From: Eledone cirrhosa
Taxonomy: Eukaryota
Assembly (NCBI GenBank): GCA_964016885.1
Contig: OZ024748.1
Location: 17,422,001 to 17,486,000, forward strand
Direction of reading: 5' to 3'
DNA: 64,000 bases
How positions within the stretch are numbered: position 1 is the first letter of the stretch; each line of letters begins with the position of its first letter. Under the pieces are notes generated by a model. That model worked only from the letters and a program-made list of their open reading frames with translations, was not told the origin of the DNA and ran no database searches. A program made the translations under genes and the position numbers. This document shows, piece by piece, positions 11,401 through 26,400 of the stretch.

Positions 11401-14400
11401 TGTCTGGCTGTAGTCATGTCACCAATATGACCTCTTTACAAGGTGGAATGTGTGGCTGTAGTCATGTCACCAATATGACCACTTTACAAGGTGGAATGTC
11501 TGGCTGTAGTCATGTCACCAATATGACCACTTTACAAGGTGGAATGTGTGGCTGTCGTCATGTCACCAATATGACCACTTTACAAGGTGGAATGTCTGGC
11601 TGTCGTCATGTCACCAATATGACCACTTTACAAGGTGGAATGTGTGGCTGTAGTCATGTCACCAATATGACCACTTTACAAGGTGGAATGTGTGGCTGTA
11701 GTCATGTCACCAATATGACCTCTTTACAAGGTGGAATGTGTGGCTGTAGTCATGTCACCAATATGACCACTTTACAAGGTGGAATGTGTGGCTGTCGTCA
11801 TGTCACCAATATGACCTCTTTACAAGGTGGAATGTGTGGCTTTAGTCATGTCACCAATATGACCTCTTTACAAGGTGGAATGTCTGGCTGTCGTCATGTC
11901 ACCAATATGACCACTTTACAAGGTGGAATGTGTGGCTGTAGTCATGTCACCAATATGACCACTTTACAAGGTGGAATGTGTGGCTTTAGTCATGTCACCA
12001 ATATGACCTCTTTACAAGGTGGAATGTCTGGCTGTCGTCATGTCACCAATATGACCACTTTACAAGGTGGAATGTCTGGCTGTCGTCATGTCACCAATAT
12101 GACCACTTTACAAGGTGGAATGTGTGGCTTTAGTCATGTCACCAATATGACCACTTTACAAGGTGGAATGTGTGGCTTTAGTCATGTCACCAATATGACC
12201 ACTTTACAAGGTGGAATGTCTGGCTGTAGTCATGTCACCAATATGACCACTTTACAAGGTGGAATGTGTGGCTGTAGTCATGTCACCAATATGACCACTT
12301 TACAAGGTGGAATGTGTGGCTTTAGTCATGTCACCAATATGACCTCTTTACAAGGTGGAATGTCTGGCTGTCGTCATGTCACCAATATGACCACTTTACA
12401 AGGTGGAATGTGTGGCTGTCGTCATGTCACCAATATGACCACTTTACAAGGTGGAATGTGTGGCTGTCGTCATGTCACCAATATGACCACTTTACAAGGT
12501 GGAATGTGTGGCTGTCGTCATGTCACCAATATGACCACTTTACAAGGTGGAATGTGTGGCTGTCGTCATGTCACCAATATGACCACTTTACAAGGTGGAA
12601 TGTGTGGCTGTCGTCATGTCACCAATATGACCACTTTACAAGGTGGAATGTGTGGCTGTCGTCATGTCACCAATATGACCACTTTACAAGGTGGAATGTC
12701 TGGCTGTCGTCATGTCACCAATATGACCTCTTTACAAGGTGGAATGTCTGGCTGTCGTCATGTCACCAATATGACCACTTTACAAGGTGGAATGTGTGGC
12801 TGTAGTCATGTCACCAATATGACCTCTTTACAAGGTGGAATGTGTGGCTGTAGTCATGTCACCAATATGACCTCTTTACAAGGTGGAATGTGTGGCTGTC
12901 GTCATGTCACCAATATGACCTCTTTACAAGGTGGAATGTGTGGCTGTCGTCATGTCACCAATATGACCACTTTACAAGGTGGAATGTCTGGCTGTCGTCA
13001 TGTCACCAATATGACCACTTTACAAGGTGGAATGTGTGGCTGTCGTCATGTCACCAATATGACCACTTTACAAGGTGGAATGTGTGGCTGTCGTCATGTC
13101 ACCAATATGACCACTTTACAAGGTGGAATGTCTGGCTGTCGTCATGTCACCAATATGACCTCTTTACAAGGTGGAATGTGTGGCTGTCGTCATGTCACCA
13201 ATATGACCTCTTTACAAGGTGGAATGTGTGGCTGTCGTCATGTCACCAATATGACCACTTTACAAGGTGGAATGTCTGGCTGTCGTCATGTCACCAATAT
13301 GACCACTTTACAAGGTGGAATGTCTGGCTGTCGTCATGTCACCAATATGACCACTTTACAAGGTGGAATGTGTGGCTGTCGTCATGTCACCAATATGACC
13401 ACTTTACAAGGTGGAATGTCTGGCTGTCGTCATGTCACCAATATGACCACTTTACAAGGTGGAATGTCTGGCTGTCGTCATGTCACCAATATGACCACTT
13501 TACAAGGTGGAATGTGTGGCTGTCGTCATGTCACCAATATGACCACTTTACAAGGTGGAATGTGTGGCTGTCGTCATGTCACCAATATGACCACTTTACA
13601 AGGTGGAATGTGTGGCTGTCGTCATGTCACCAATATGACCACTTTACAAGGTGGAATGTGTGGCTGTCGTCATGTCACCAATATGACCACTTTACAAGGT
13701 GGAATGTCTGGCTGTCGTCATGTCACCAATATGACCACTTTACAAGGTGGAATGTCTGGCTGTCGTCATGTCACCAATATGACCACTTTACAAGGTGGAA
13801 TGTGTGGCTGTAGTCATGTCACCAATATGACCACTTTACAAGGTGGAATGTCTGGCTGTAGTCATGTCACCAATATGACCTCTTTACAAGGTGGAATGTG
13901 TGGCTGTAGTCATGTCACCAATATGACCACTTTACAAGGTGGAATGTGTGGCTGTCGTCATGTCACCAATATGACCACTTTACAAGGTGGAATGTGTGGC
14001 TTTAGTCATGTCACCAATATGACCTCTTTACAAGGTGGAATGTCTGGCTGTCGTCATGTCACCAATATGACCACTTTACAAGGTGGAATGTGTGGCTGTA
14101 GTCATGTCACCAATATGACCACTTTACAAGGTGGAATGTGTGGCTGTCGTCATGTCACCAATATGACCACTTTACAAGGTGGAATGTGTGGCTGTCGTCA
14201 TGTCACCAATATGACCACTTTACAAGGTGGAATGTGTGGCTTTAGTCATGTCACCAATATGACCACTTTACAAGGTGGAATGTGTGGCTGTCGTCATGTC
14301 ACCAATATGACCACTTTACAAGGTGGAATGTGTGGCTGTAGTCATGTCACCAATATGACCTCTTTACAAGGTGGAATGTCTGGCTGTCGTCATGTCACCA

Positions 14401-17400
14401 ATATGACCACTTTACAAGGTGGAATGTGTGGCTTTAGTCATGTCACCAATATGACCACTTTACAAGGTGGAATGTGTGGCTTTAGTCATGTCACCAATAT
14501 GACCACTTTACAAGGTGGAATGTGTGGCTGTCGTCATGTCACCAATATGACCACTTTACAAGGTGGAATGTGTGGCTGTAGTCATGTCACCAATATGACC
14601 TCTTTACAAGGTGGAATGTCTGGCTGTCGTCATGTCACCAATATGACCACTTTACAAGGTGGAATGTGTGGCTTTAGTCATGTCACCAATATGACCTCTT
14701 TACAAGGTGGAATGTGTGGCTGTAGTCATGTCACCAATATGACCTCTTTACAAGGTGGAATGTCTGGCTGTCGTCATGTCACCAATATGACCACTTTACA
14801 AGGTGGAATGTGTGGCTTTAGTCATGTCACCAATATGACCACTTTACAAGGTGGAATGTGTGGCTTTAGTCATGTCACCAATATGACCACTTTACAAGGT
14901 GGAATGTGTGGCTGTCGTCATGTCACCAATATGACCACTTTACAAGGTGGAATGTGTGGCTGTCGTCATGTCACCAATATGACCTCTTTACAAGGTGGAA
15001 TGTCTGGCTGTCGTCATGTCACCAATATGACCACTTTACAAGGTGGAATGTGTGGCTTTAGTCATGTCACCAATATGACCACTTTACAAGGTGGAATGTG
15101 TGGCTTTAGTCATGTCACCAATATGACCACTTTACAAGGTGGAATGTCTGGCTGTAGTCATGTCACCAATATGACCACTTTACAAGGTGGAATGTGTGGC
15201 TGTAGTCATGTCACCAATATGACCTCTTTACAAGGTGGAATGTCTGGCTGTCGTCATGTCACCAATATGACCACTTTACAAGGTGGAATGTGTGGCTTTA
15301 GTCATGTCACCAATATGACCTCTTTACAAGGTGGAATGTGTGGCTGTAGTCATGTCACCAATATGACCTCTTTACAAGGTGGAATGTGTGGCTGTCGTCA
15401 TGTCACCAATATGACCACTTTACAAGGTGGAATGTGTGGCTGTAGTCATGTCACCAATATGACCACTTTACAAGGTGGAATGTCTGGCTGTCGTCATGTC
15501 ACCAATATGACCACTTTACAAGGTGGAATGTCTGGCTGTCGTCATGTCACCAATATGACCACTTTACAAGGTGGAATGTGTGGCTGTAGTCATGTCACCA
15601 ATATGACCACTTTACAAGGTGGAATGTGTGGCTGTCGTCATGTCACCAATATGACCACTTTACAAGGTGGAATGTGTGGCTTTAGTCATGTCACCAATAT
15701 GACCTCTTTACAAGGTGGAATGTCTGGCTGTCGTCATGTCACCAATATGACCACTTTACAAGGTGGAATGTGTGGCTGTAGTCATGTCACCAATATGACC
15801 TCTTTACAAGGTGGAATGTGTGGCTGTAGTCATGTCACCAATATGACCACTTTACAAGGTGGAATGTGTGGCTTTAGTCATGTCACCAATATGACCTCTT
15901 TACAAGGTGGAATGTGTGGCTGTAGTCATGTCACCAATATGACCTCTTTACAAGGTGGAATGTGTGGCTGTAGTCATGTCACCAATATGACCACTTTACA
16001 AGGTGGAATGTGTGGCTGTCGTCATGTCACCAATATGACCACTTTACAAGGTGGAATGTGTGGCTGTCGTCATGTCACCAATATGACCACTTTACAAGGT
16101 GGAATGTGTGGCTGTAGTCATGTCACCAATATGACCTCTTTACAAGGTGGAATGTGTGGCTGTAGTCATGTCACCAATATGACCACTTTACAAGGTGGAA
16201 TGTGTGGCTGTCGTCATGTCACCAATATGACCACTTTACAAGGTGGAATGTGTGGCTGTCGTCATGTCACCAATATGACCACTTTACAAGGTGGAATGTG
16301 TGGCTTTAGTCATGTCACCAATATGACCACTTTACAAGGTGGAATGTGTGGCTGTAGTCATGTCACCAATATGACCTCTTTACAAGGTGGAATGTCTGGC
16401 TGTCGTCATGTCACCAATATGACCACTTTACAAGGTGGAATGTGTGGCTGTAGTCATGTCACCAATATGACCTCTTTACAAGGTGGAATGTCTGGCTGTC
16501 GTCATGTCACCAATATGACCACTTTACAAGGTGGAATGTGTGGCTGTCGTCATGTCACCAATATGACCACTTTACAAGGTGGAATGTGTGGCTTTAGTCA
16601 TGTCACCAATATGACCTCTTTACAAGGTGGAATGTCTGGCTGTCGTCATGTCACCAATATGACCACTTTACAAGGTGGAATGTGTGGCTGTCGTCATGTC
16701 ACCAATATGACCACTTTACAAGGTGGAATGTGTGGCTGTAGTCATGTCACCAATATGACCACTTTACAAGGTGGAATGTGTGGCTTTAGTCATGTCACCA
16801 ATATGACCTCTTTACAAGGTGGAATGTGTGGCTGTAGTCATGTCACCAATATGACCTCTTTACAAGGTGGAATGTGTGGCTGTAGTCATGTCACCAATAT
16901 GACCACTTTACAAGGTGGAATGTGTGGCTGTCGTCATGTCACCAATATGACCACTTTACAAGGTGGAATGTGTGGCTGTCGTCATGTCACCAATATGACC
17001 ACTTTACAAGGTGGAATGTGTGGCTGTAGTCATGTCACCAATATGACCACTTTACAAGGTGGAATGTGTGGCTGTCGTCATGTCACCAATATGACCACTT
17101 TACAAGGTGGAATGTGTGGCTTTAGTCATGTCACCAATATGACCACTTTACAAGGTGGAATGTGTGGCTGTAGTCATGTCACCAATATGACCTCTTTACA
17201 AGGTGGAATGTCTGGCTGTCGTCATGTCACCAATATGACCACTTTACAAGGTGGAATGTGTGGCTGTAGTCATGTCACCAATATGACCTCTTTACAAGGT
17301 GGAATGTCTGGCTGTCGTCATGTCACCAATATGACCACTTTACAAGGTGGAATGTGTGGCTGTCGTCATGTCACCAATATGACCACTTTACAAGGTGGAA

Positions 17401-20400
17401 TGTGTGGCTTTAGTCATGTCACCAATATGACCTCTTTACAAGGTGGAATGTCTGGCTGTCGTCATGTCACCAATATGACCACTTTACAAGGTGGAATGTG
17501 TGGCTGTCGTCATGTCACCAATATGACCACTTTACAAGGTGGAATGTGTGGCTTTAGTCATGTCACCAATATGACCACTTTACAAGGTGGAATGTCTGGC
17601 TGTCGTCATGTCACCAATATGACCACTTTACAAGGTGGAATGTGTGGCTTTAGTCATGTCACCAATATGACCTCTTTACAAGGTGGAATGTGTGGCTGTA
17701 GTCATGTCACCAATATGACCACTTTACAAGGTGGAATGTCTGGCTGTAGTCATGTCACCAATATGACCACTTTACAAGGTGGAATGTGTGGCTGTAGTCA
17801 TGTCACCAATATGACCACTTTACAAGGTGGAATGTGTGGCTGTCGTCATGTCACCAATATGACCACTTTACAAGGTGGAATGTGTGGCTGTAGTCATGTC
17901 ACCAATATGACCTCTTTACAAGGTGGAATGTCTGGCTGTCGTCATGTCACCAATATGACCACTTTACAAGGTGGAATGTGTGGCTGTCGTCATGTCACCA
18001 ATATGACCACTTTACAAGGTGGAATGTGTGGCTTTAGTCATGTCACCAATATGACCTCTTTACAAGGTGGAATGTCTGGCTGTCGTCATGTCACCAATAT
18101 GACCACTTTACAAGGTGGAATGTGTGGCTGTCGTCATGTCACCAATATGACCACTTTACAAGGTGGAATGTCTGGCTGTCGTCATGTCACCAATATGACC
18201 ACTTTACAAGGTGGAATGTCTGGCTGTCGTCATGTCACCAATATGACCACTTTACAAGGTGGAATGTGTGGCTGTCGTCATGTCACCAATATGACCACTT
18301 TACAAGGTGGAATGTCTGGCTGTCGTCATGTCACCAATATGACCTCTTTACAAGGTGGAATGTCTGGCTGTCGTCATGTCACCAATATGACCACTTTACA
18401 AGGTGGAATGTGTGGCTTTAGTCATGTCACCAATATGACCTCTTTACAAGGTGGAATGTGTGGCTGTAGTCATGTCACCAATATGACCTCTTTACAAGGT
18501 GGAATGTCTGGCTGTCGTCATGTCACCAATATGACCTCTTTACAAGGTGGAATGTCTGGCTGTCGTCATGTCACCAATATGACCACTTTACAAGGTGGAA
18601 TGTGTGGCTGTCGTCATGTCACCAATATGACCACTTTACAAGGTGGAATGTCTGGCTGTCGTCATGTCACCAATATGACCTCTTTACAAGGTGGAATGTC
18701 TGGCTGTCGTCATGTCACCAATATGACCACTTTACAAGGTGGAATGTGTGGCTGTAGTCATGTCACCAATATGACCTCTTTACAAGGTGGAATGTCTGGC
18801 TGTCGTCATGTCACCAATATGACCACTTTACAAGGTGGAATGTGTGGCTGTCGTCATGTCACCAATATGACCACTTTACAAGGTGGAATGTCTGGCTGTC
18901 GTCATGTCACCAATATGACCACTTTACAAGGTGGAATGTGTGGCTTTAGTCATGTCACCAATATGACCACTTTACAAGGTGGAATGTGTGGCTGTCGTCA
19001 TGTCACCAATATGACCACTTTACAAGGTGGAATGTCTGGCTGTCGTCATGTCACCAATATGACCTCTTTACAAGGTGGAATGTGTGGCTGTCGTCATGTC
19101 ACCAATATGACCACTTTACAAGGTGGAATGTGTGGCTTTAGTCATGTCACCAATATGACCACTTTACAAGGTGGAATGTCTGGCTGTAGTCATGTCACCA
19201 ATATGACCACTTTACAAGGTGGAATGTCTGGCTGTCGTCATGTCACCAATATGACCTCTTTACAAGGTGGAATGTCTGGCTGTAGTCATGTCACCAATAT
19301 GACCACTTTACAAGGTGGAATGTGTGGCTTTAGTCATGTCACCAATATGACCACTTTACAAGGTGGAATGTGTGGCTGTCGTCATGTCACCAATATGACC
19401 ACTTTACAAGGTGGAATGTGTGGCTGTAGTCATGTCACCAATATGACCACTTTACAAGGTGGAATGTGTGGCTGTAGTCATGTCACCAATATGACCTCTT
19501 TACAAGGTGGAATGTGTGGCTGTCGTCATGTCACCAATATGACCACTTTACAAGGTGGAATGTGTGGCTGTAGTCATGTCACCAATATGACCACTTTACA
19601 AGGTGGAATGTGTGGCTGTAGTCATGTCACCAATATGACCTCTTTACAAGGTGGAATGTGTGGCTGTAGTCATGTCACCAATATGACCACTTTACAAGGT
19701 GGAATGTGTGGCTGTCGTCATGTCACCAATATGACCACTTTACAAGGTGGAATGTCTGGCTGTCGTCATGTCACCAATATGACCACTTTACAAGGTGGAA
19801 TGTGTGGCTTTAGTCATGTCACCAATATGACCACTTTACAAGGTGGAATGTGTGGCTGTAGTCATGTCACCAATATGACCACTTTACAAGGTGGAATGTC
19901 TGGCTGTCGTCATGTCACCAATATGACCACTTTACAAGGTGGAATGTGTGGCTGTCGTCATGTCACCAATATGACCACTTTACAAGGTGGAATGTGTGGC
20001 TGTCGTCATGTCACCAATATGACCTCTTTACAAGGTGGAATGTGTGGCTGTAGTCATGTCACCAATATGACCACTTTACAAGGTGGAATGTGTGGCTGTC
20101 GTCATGTCACCAATATGACCACTTTACAAGGTGGAATGTCTGGCTGTCGTCATGTCACCAATATGACCACTTTACAAGGTGGAATGTGTGGCTGTAGTCA
20201 TGTCACCAATATGACCACTTTACAAGGTGGAATGTGTGGCTGTAGTCATGTCACCAATATGACCACTTTACAAGGTGGAATGTCTGGCTGTCGTCATGTC
20301 ACCAATATGACCACTTTACAAGGTGGAATGTGTGGCTGTCGTCATGTCACCAATATGACCACTTTACAAGGTGGAATGTCTGGCTGTCGTCATGTCACCA

Positions 20401-23400
20401 ATATGACCACTTTACAAGGTGGAATGTGTGGCTGTCGTCATGTCACCAATATGACCACTTTACAAGGTGGAATGTGTGGCTGTAGTCATGTCACCAATAT
20501 GACCACTTTACAAGGTGGAATGTCTGGCTGTCGTCATGTCACCAATATGACCACTTTACAAGGTGGAATGTGTGGCTGTAGTCATGTCACCAATATGACC
20601 ACTTTACAAGGTGGAATGTCTGGCTGTCGTCATGTCACCAATATGACCACTTTACAAGGTGGAATGTGTGGCTTTAGTCATGTCACCAATATGACCACTT
20701 TACAAGGTGGAATGTCTGGCTGTAGTCATGTCACCAATATGACCTCTTTACAAGGTGGAATGTGTGGCTGTCGTCATGTCACCAATATGACCACTTTACA
20801 AGGTGGAATGTGTGGCTGTAGTCATGTCACCAATATGACCTCTTTACAAGGTGGAATGTCTGGCTGTCGTCATGTCACCAATATGACCACTTTACAAGGT
20901 GGAATGTGTGGCTGTAGTCATGTCACCAATATGACCACTTTACAAGGTGGAATGTGTGGCTGTAGTCATGTCACCAATATGACCACTTTACAAGGTGGAA
21001 TGTCTGGCTGTCGTCATGTCACCAATATGACCTCTTTACAAGGTGGAATGTGTGGCTGTCGTCATGTCACCAATATGACCACTTTACAAGGTGGAATGTG
21101 TGGCTTTAGTCATGTCACCAATATGACCTCTTTACAAGGTGGAATGTGTGGCTGTCGTCATGTCACCAATATGACCACTTTACAAGGTGGAATGTCTGGC
21201 TGTCGTCATGTCACCAATATGACCACTTTACAAGGTGGAATGTGTGGCTGTAGTCATGTCACCAATATGACCACTTTACAAGGTGGAATGTCTGGCTGTA
21301 GTCATGTCACCAATATGACCACTTTACAAGGTGGAATGTGTGGCTTTAGTCATGTCACCAATATGACCACTTTACAAGGTGGAATGTGTGGCTGTAGTCA
21401 TGTCACCAATATGACCACTTTACAAGGTGGAATGTCTGGCTGTCGTCATGTCACCAATATGACCACTTTACAAGGTGGAATGTGTGGCTGTAGTCATGTC
21501 ACCAATATGACCACTTTACAAGGTGGAATGTCTGGCTGTCGTCATGTCACCAATATGACCACTTTACAAGGTGGAATGTGTGGCTGTCGTCATGTCACCA
21601 ATATGACCACTTTACAAGGTGGAATGTCTGGCTGTAGTCATGTCACCAATATGACCTCTTTACAAGGTGGAATGTCTGGCTGTCGTCATGTCACCAATAT
21701 GACCACTTTACAAGGTGGAATGTCTGGCTGTAGTCATGTCACCAATATGACCTCTTTACAAGGTGGAATGTCTGGCTGTCGTCATGTCACCAATATGACC
21801 ACTTTACAAGGTGGAATGTCTGGCTGTCGTCATGTCACCAATATGACCACTTTACAAGGTGGAATGTGTGGCTGTAGTCATGTCACCAATATGACCTCTT
21901 TACAAGGTGGAATGTCTGGCTGTAGTCATGTCACCAATATGACCTCTTTACAAGGTGGAATGTGTGGCTGTAGTCATGTCACCAATATGACCTCTTTACA
22001 AGGTGGAATGTCTGGCTGTCGTCATGTCACCAATATGACCTCTTTACAAGGTGGAATGTCTGGCTGTCGTCATGTCACCAATATGACCACTTTACAAGGT
22101 GGAATGTCTGGCTGTCGTCATGTCACCAATATGACCTCTTTACAAGGTGGAATGTCTGGCTGTCGTCATGTCACCAATATGACCTCTTTACAAGGTGGAA
22201 TGTCTGGCTGTCGTCATGTCACCAATATGACCACTTTACAAGGTGGAATGTGTGGCTGTCGTCATGTCACCAATATGACCACTTTACAAGGTGGAATGTG
22301 TGGCTGTAGTCATGTCACCAATATGACCACTTTACAAGGTGGAATGTGTGGCTGTCGTCATGTCACCAATATGACCACTTTACAAGGTGGAATGTGTGGC
22401 TGTAGTCATGTCACCAATATGACCACTTTACAAGGTGGAATGTGTGGCTGTCGTCATGTCACCAATATGACCACTTTACAAGGTGGAATGTCTGGCTGTC
22501 GTCATGTCACCAATATGACCACTTTACAAGGTGGAATGTGTGGCTGTCGTCATGTCACCAATATGACCACTTTACAAGGTGGAATGTGTGGCTGTAGTCA
22601 TGTCACCAATATGACCACTTTACAAGGTGGAATGTGTGGCTGTAGTCATGTCACCAATATGACCACTTTACAAGGTGGAATGTGTGACTGTAGTCATGTC
22701 ACCAATATGACCACTTTACAAGGTGGAATGTGTGGCTGTCGTCATGTCACCAATATGACCTCTTTACAAGGTGGAATGTGTGGCTTTAGTCATGTCACCA
22801 ATATGACCACTTTACAAGGTGGAATGTGTGGCTGTAGTCATGTCACCAATATGACCACTTTACAAGGTGGAATGTGTGGCTGTAGTCATGTCACCAATAT
22901 GACCTCTTTACAAGGTGGAATGTGTGGCTGTCGTCATGTCACCAATATGACCACTTTACAAGGTGGAATGTGTGGCTGTAGTCATGTCACCAATATGACC
23001 TCTTTACAAGGTGGAATGTCTGGCTGTAGTCATGTCACCAATATGACCTCTTTACAAGGTGGAATGTGTGGCTGTCGTCATGTCACCAATATGACCACTT
23101 TACAAGGTGGAATGTGTGGCTGTCGTCATGTCACCAATATGACCACTTTACAAGGTGGAATGTGTGGCTGTCGTCATGTCACCAATATGACCACTTTACA
23201 AGGTGGAATGTGTGGCTGTAGTCATGTCACCAATATGACCACTTTACAAGGTGGAATGTGTGGCTGTAGTCATGTCACCAATATGACCTCTTTACAAGGT
23301 GGAATGTGTGGCTGTCGTCATGTCACCAATATGACCACTTTACAAGGTGGAATGTGTGGCTGTAGTCATGTCACCAATATGACCACTTTACAAGGTGGAA

Positions 23401-26400
23401 TGTGTGGCTGTCGTCATGTCACCAATATGACCACTTTACAAGGTGGAATGTGTGGCTGTAGTCATGTCACCAATATGACCACTTTACAAGGTGGAATGTG
23501 TGGCTGTAGTCATGTCACCAATATGACCTCTTTACAAGGTGGAATGTGTGGCTGTCGTCATGTCACCAATATGACCACTTTACAAGGTGGAATGTGTGGC
23601 TGTAGTCATGTCACCAATATGACCACTTTACAAGGTGGAATGTGTGGCTGTAGTCATGTCACCAATATGACCTCTTTACAAGGTGGAATGTGTGGCTGTC
23701 GTCATGTCACCAATATGACCACTTTACAAGGTGGAATGTGTGGCTGTAGTCATGTCACCAATATGACCTCTTTACAAGGTGGAATGTGTGGCTGTCGTCA
23801 TGTCACCAATATGACCACTTTACAAGGTGGAATGTGTGGCTGTAGTCATGTCACCAATATGACCACTTTACAAGGTGGAATGTCTGGCTGTAGTCATGTC
23901 ACCAATATGACCACTTTACAAGGTGGAATGTCTGGCTGTAGTCATGTCACCAATATGACCACTTTACAAGGTGGAATGTCTGGCTGTCGTCATGTCACCA
24001 ATATGACCACTTTACAAGGTGGAATGTCTGGCTGTCGTCATGTCACCAATATGACCACTTTACAAGGTGGAATGTCTGGCTGTAGTCATGTCACCAATAT
24101 GACCACTTTACAAGGTGGAATGTCTGGCTGTCGTCATGTCACCAATATGACCACTTTACAAGGTGGAATGTGTGGCTGTAGTCATGTCACCAATATGACC
24201 ACTTTACAAGGTGGAATGTGTGGCTGTAGTCATGTCACCAATATGACCTCTTTACAAGGTGGAATGTCTGGCTGTAGTCATGTCACCAATATGACCTCTT
24301 TACAAGGTGGAATGTGTGGCTGTAGTCATGTCACCAATATGACCACTTTACAAGGTGGAATGTGTGGCTGTCGTCATGTCACCAATATGACCACTTTACA
24401 AGGTGGAATGTGTGGCTGTCGTCATGTCACCAATATGACCTCTTTACAAGGTGGAATGTGTGGCTGTAGTCATGTCACCAATATGACCACTTTACAAGGT
24501 GGAATGTGTGGCTGTCGTCATGTCACCAATATGACCACTTTACAAGGTGGAATGTGTGGCTGTAGTCATGTCACCAATATGACCTCTTTACAAGGTGGAA
24601 TGTGTGGCTGTAGTCATGTCACCAATATGACCACTTTACAAGGTGGAATGTCTGGCTGTCGTCATGTCACCAATATGACCACTTTACAAGGTGGAATGTC
24701 TGGCTGTAGTCATGTCACCAATATGACCTCTTTACAAGGTGGAATGTCTGGCTGTAGTCATGTCACCAATATGACGACTTTACAAGGTGGAATGTGTGGC
24801 TGTCGTCATGTCACCAATATGACCACTTTACAAGGTGGAATGTGTGGCTGTCGTCATGTCACCAATATGACCACTTTACAAGGTGGAATGTGTGGCTGTA
24901 GTCATGTCACCAATATGACCACTTTACAAGGTGGAATGTCTGGCTGTAGTCATGTCACCAATATGACCACTTTACAAGGTGGAATGTGTGGCTGTAGTCA
25001 TGTCACCAATATGACCTCTTTACAAGGTGGAATGTGTGGCTGTAGTCATGTCACCAATATGACCTCTTTACAAGGTGGAATGTGTGGCTGTAGTCATGTC
25101 ACCAATATGACCACTTTACAAGGTGGAATGTGTGGCTGTAGTCATGTCACCAATATGACCACTTTACAAGGTGGAATGTGTGGCTGTAGTCATGTTACCA
25201 ATATGACCTCTTTACAAGGTGGAATGTCTGGCTGTAGTCATGTCACCAATATGACCACTTTACAAGGTGGAATGTCTGGCTGTAGTCATGTCACCAATAT
25301 GACCACTTTACAAGGTGGAATGTGTGGCTGTCGTCATGTCACCAATATGACCACTTTACAAGGTGGAATGTGTGGCTGTCGTCATGTCACCAATATGACC
25401 ACTTTACAAGGTGGAATGTGTGGCTGTAGTCATGTCACCAATATGACCACTTTACAAGGTGGAATGTGTGGCTGTAGTCATGTCACCAATATGACCTCTT
25501 TACAAGGTGGAATGTGTGGCTGTCGTCATGTCACCAATATGACCACTTTACAAGGTGGAATGTGTGGCTGTAGTCATGTCACCAATATGACCACTTTACA
25601 AGGTGGAATGTGTGGCTGTCGTCATGTCACCAATATGACCACTTTACAAGGTGGAATGTGTGGCTGTAGTCATGTCACCAATATGACCACTTTACAAGGT
25701 GGAATGTGTGGCTGTAGTCATGTCACCAATATGACCTCTTTACAAGGTGGAATGTGTGGCTGTCGTCATGTCACCAATATGACCACTTTACAAGGTGGAA
25801 TGTGTGGCTGTAGTCATGTCACCAATATGACCACTTTACAAGGTGGAATGTGTGGCTGTAGTCATGTCACCAATATGACCTCTTTACAAGGTGGAATGTG
25901 TGGCTGTCGTCATGTCACCAATATGACCACTTTACAAGGTGGAATGTGTGGCTGTAGTCATGTCACCAATATGACCTCTTTACAAGGTGGAATGTGTGGC
26001 TGTCGTCATGTCACCAATATGACCACTTTACAAGGTGGAATGTGTGGCTGTAGTCATGTCACCAATATGACCACTTTACAAGGTGGAATGTCTGGCTGTA
26101 GTCATGTCACCAATATGACCACTTTACAAGGTGGAATGTCTGGCTGTAGTCATGTCACCAATATGACCACTTTACAAGGTGGAATGTCTGGCTGTCGTCA
26201 TGTCACCAATATGACCACTTTACAAGGTGGAATGTCTGGCTGTCGTCATGTCACCAATATGACCACTTTACAAGGTGGAATGTCTGGCTGTAGTCATGTC
26301 ACCAATATGACCACTTTACAAGGTGGAATGTCTGGCTGTCGTCATGTCACCAATATGACCACTTTACAAGGTGGAATGTGTGGCTGTAGTCATGTCACCA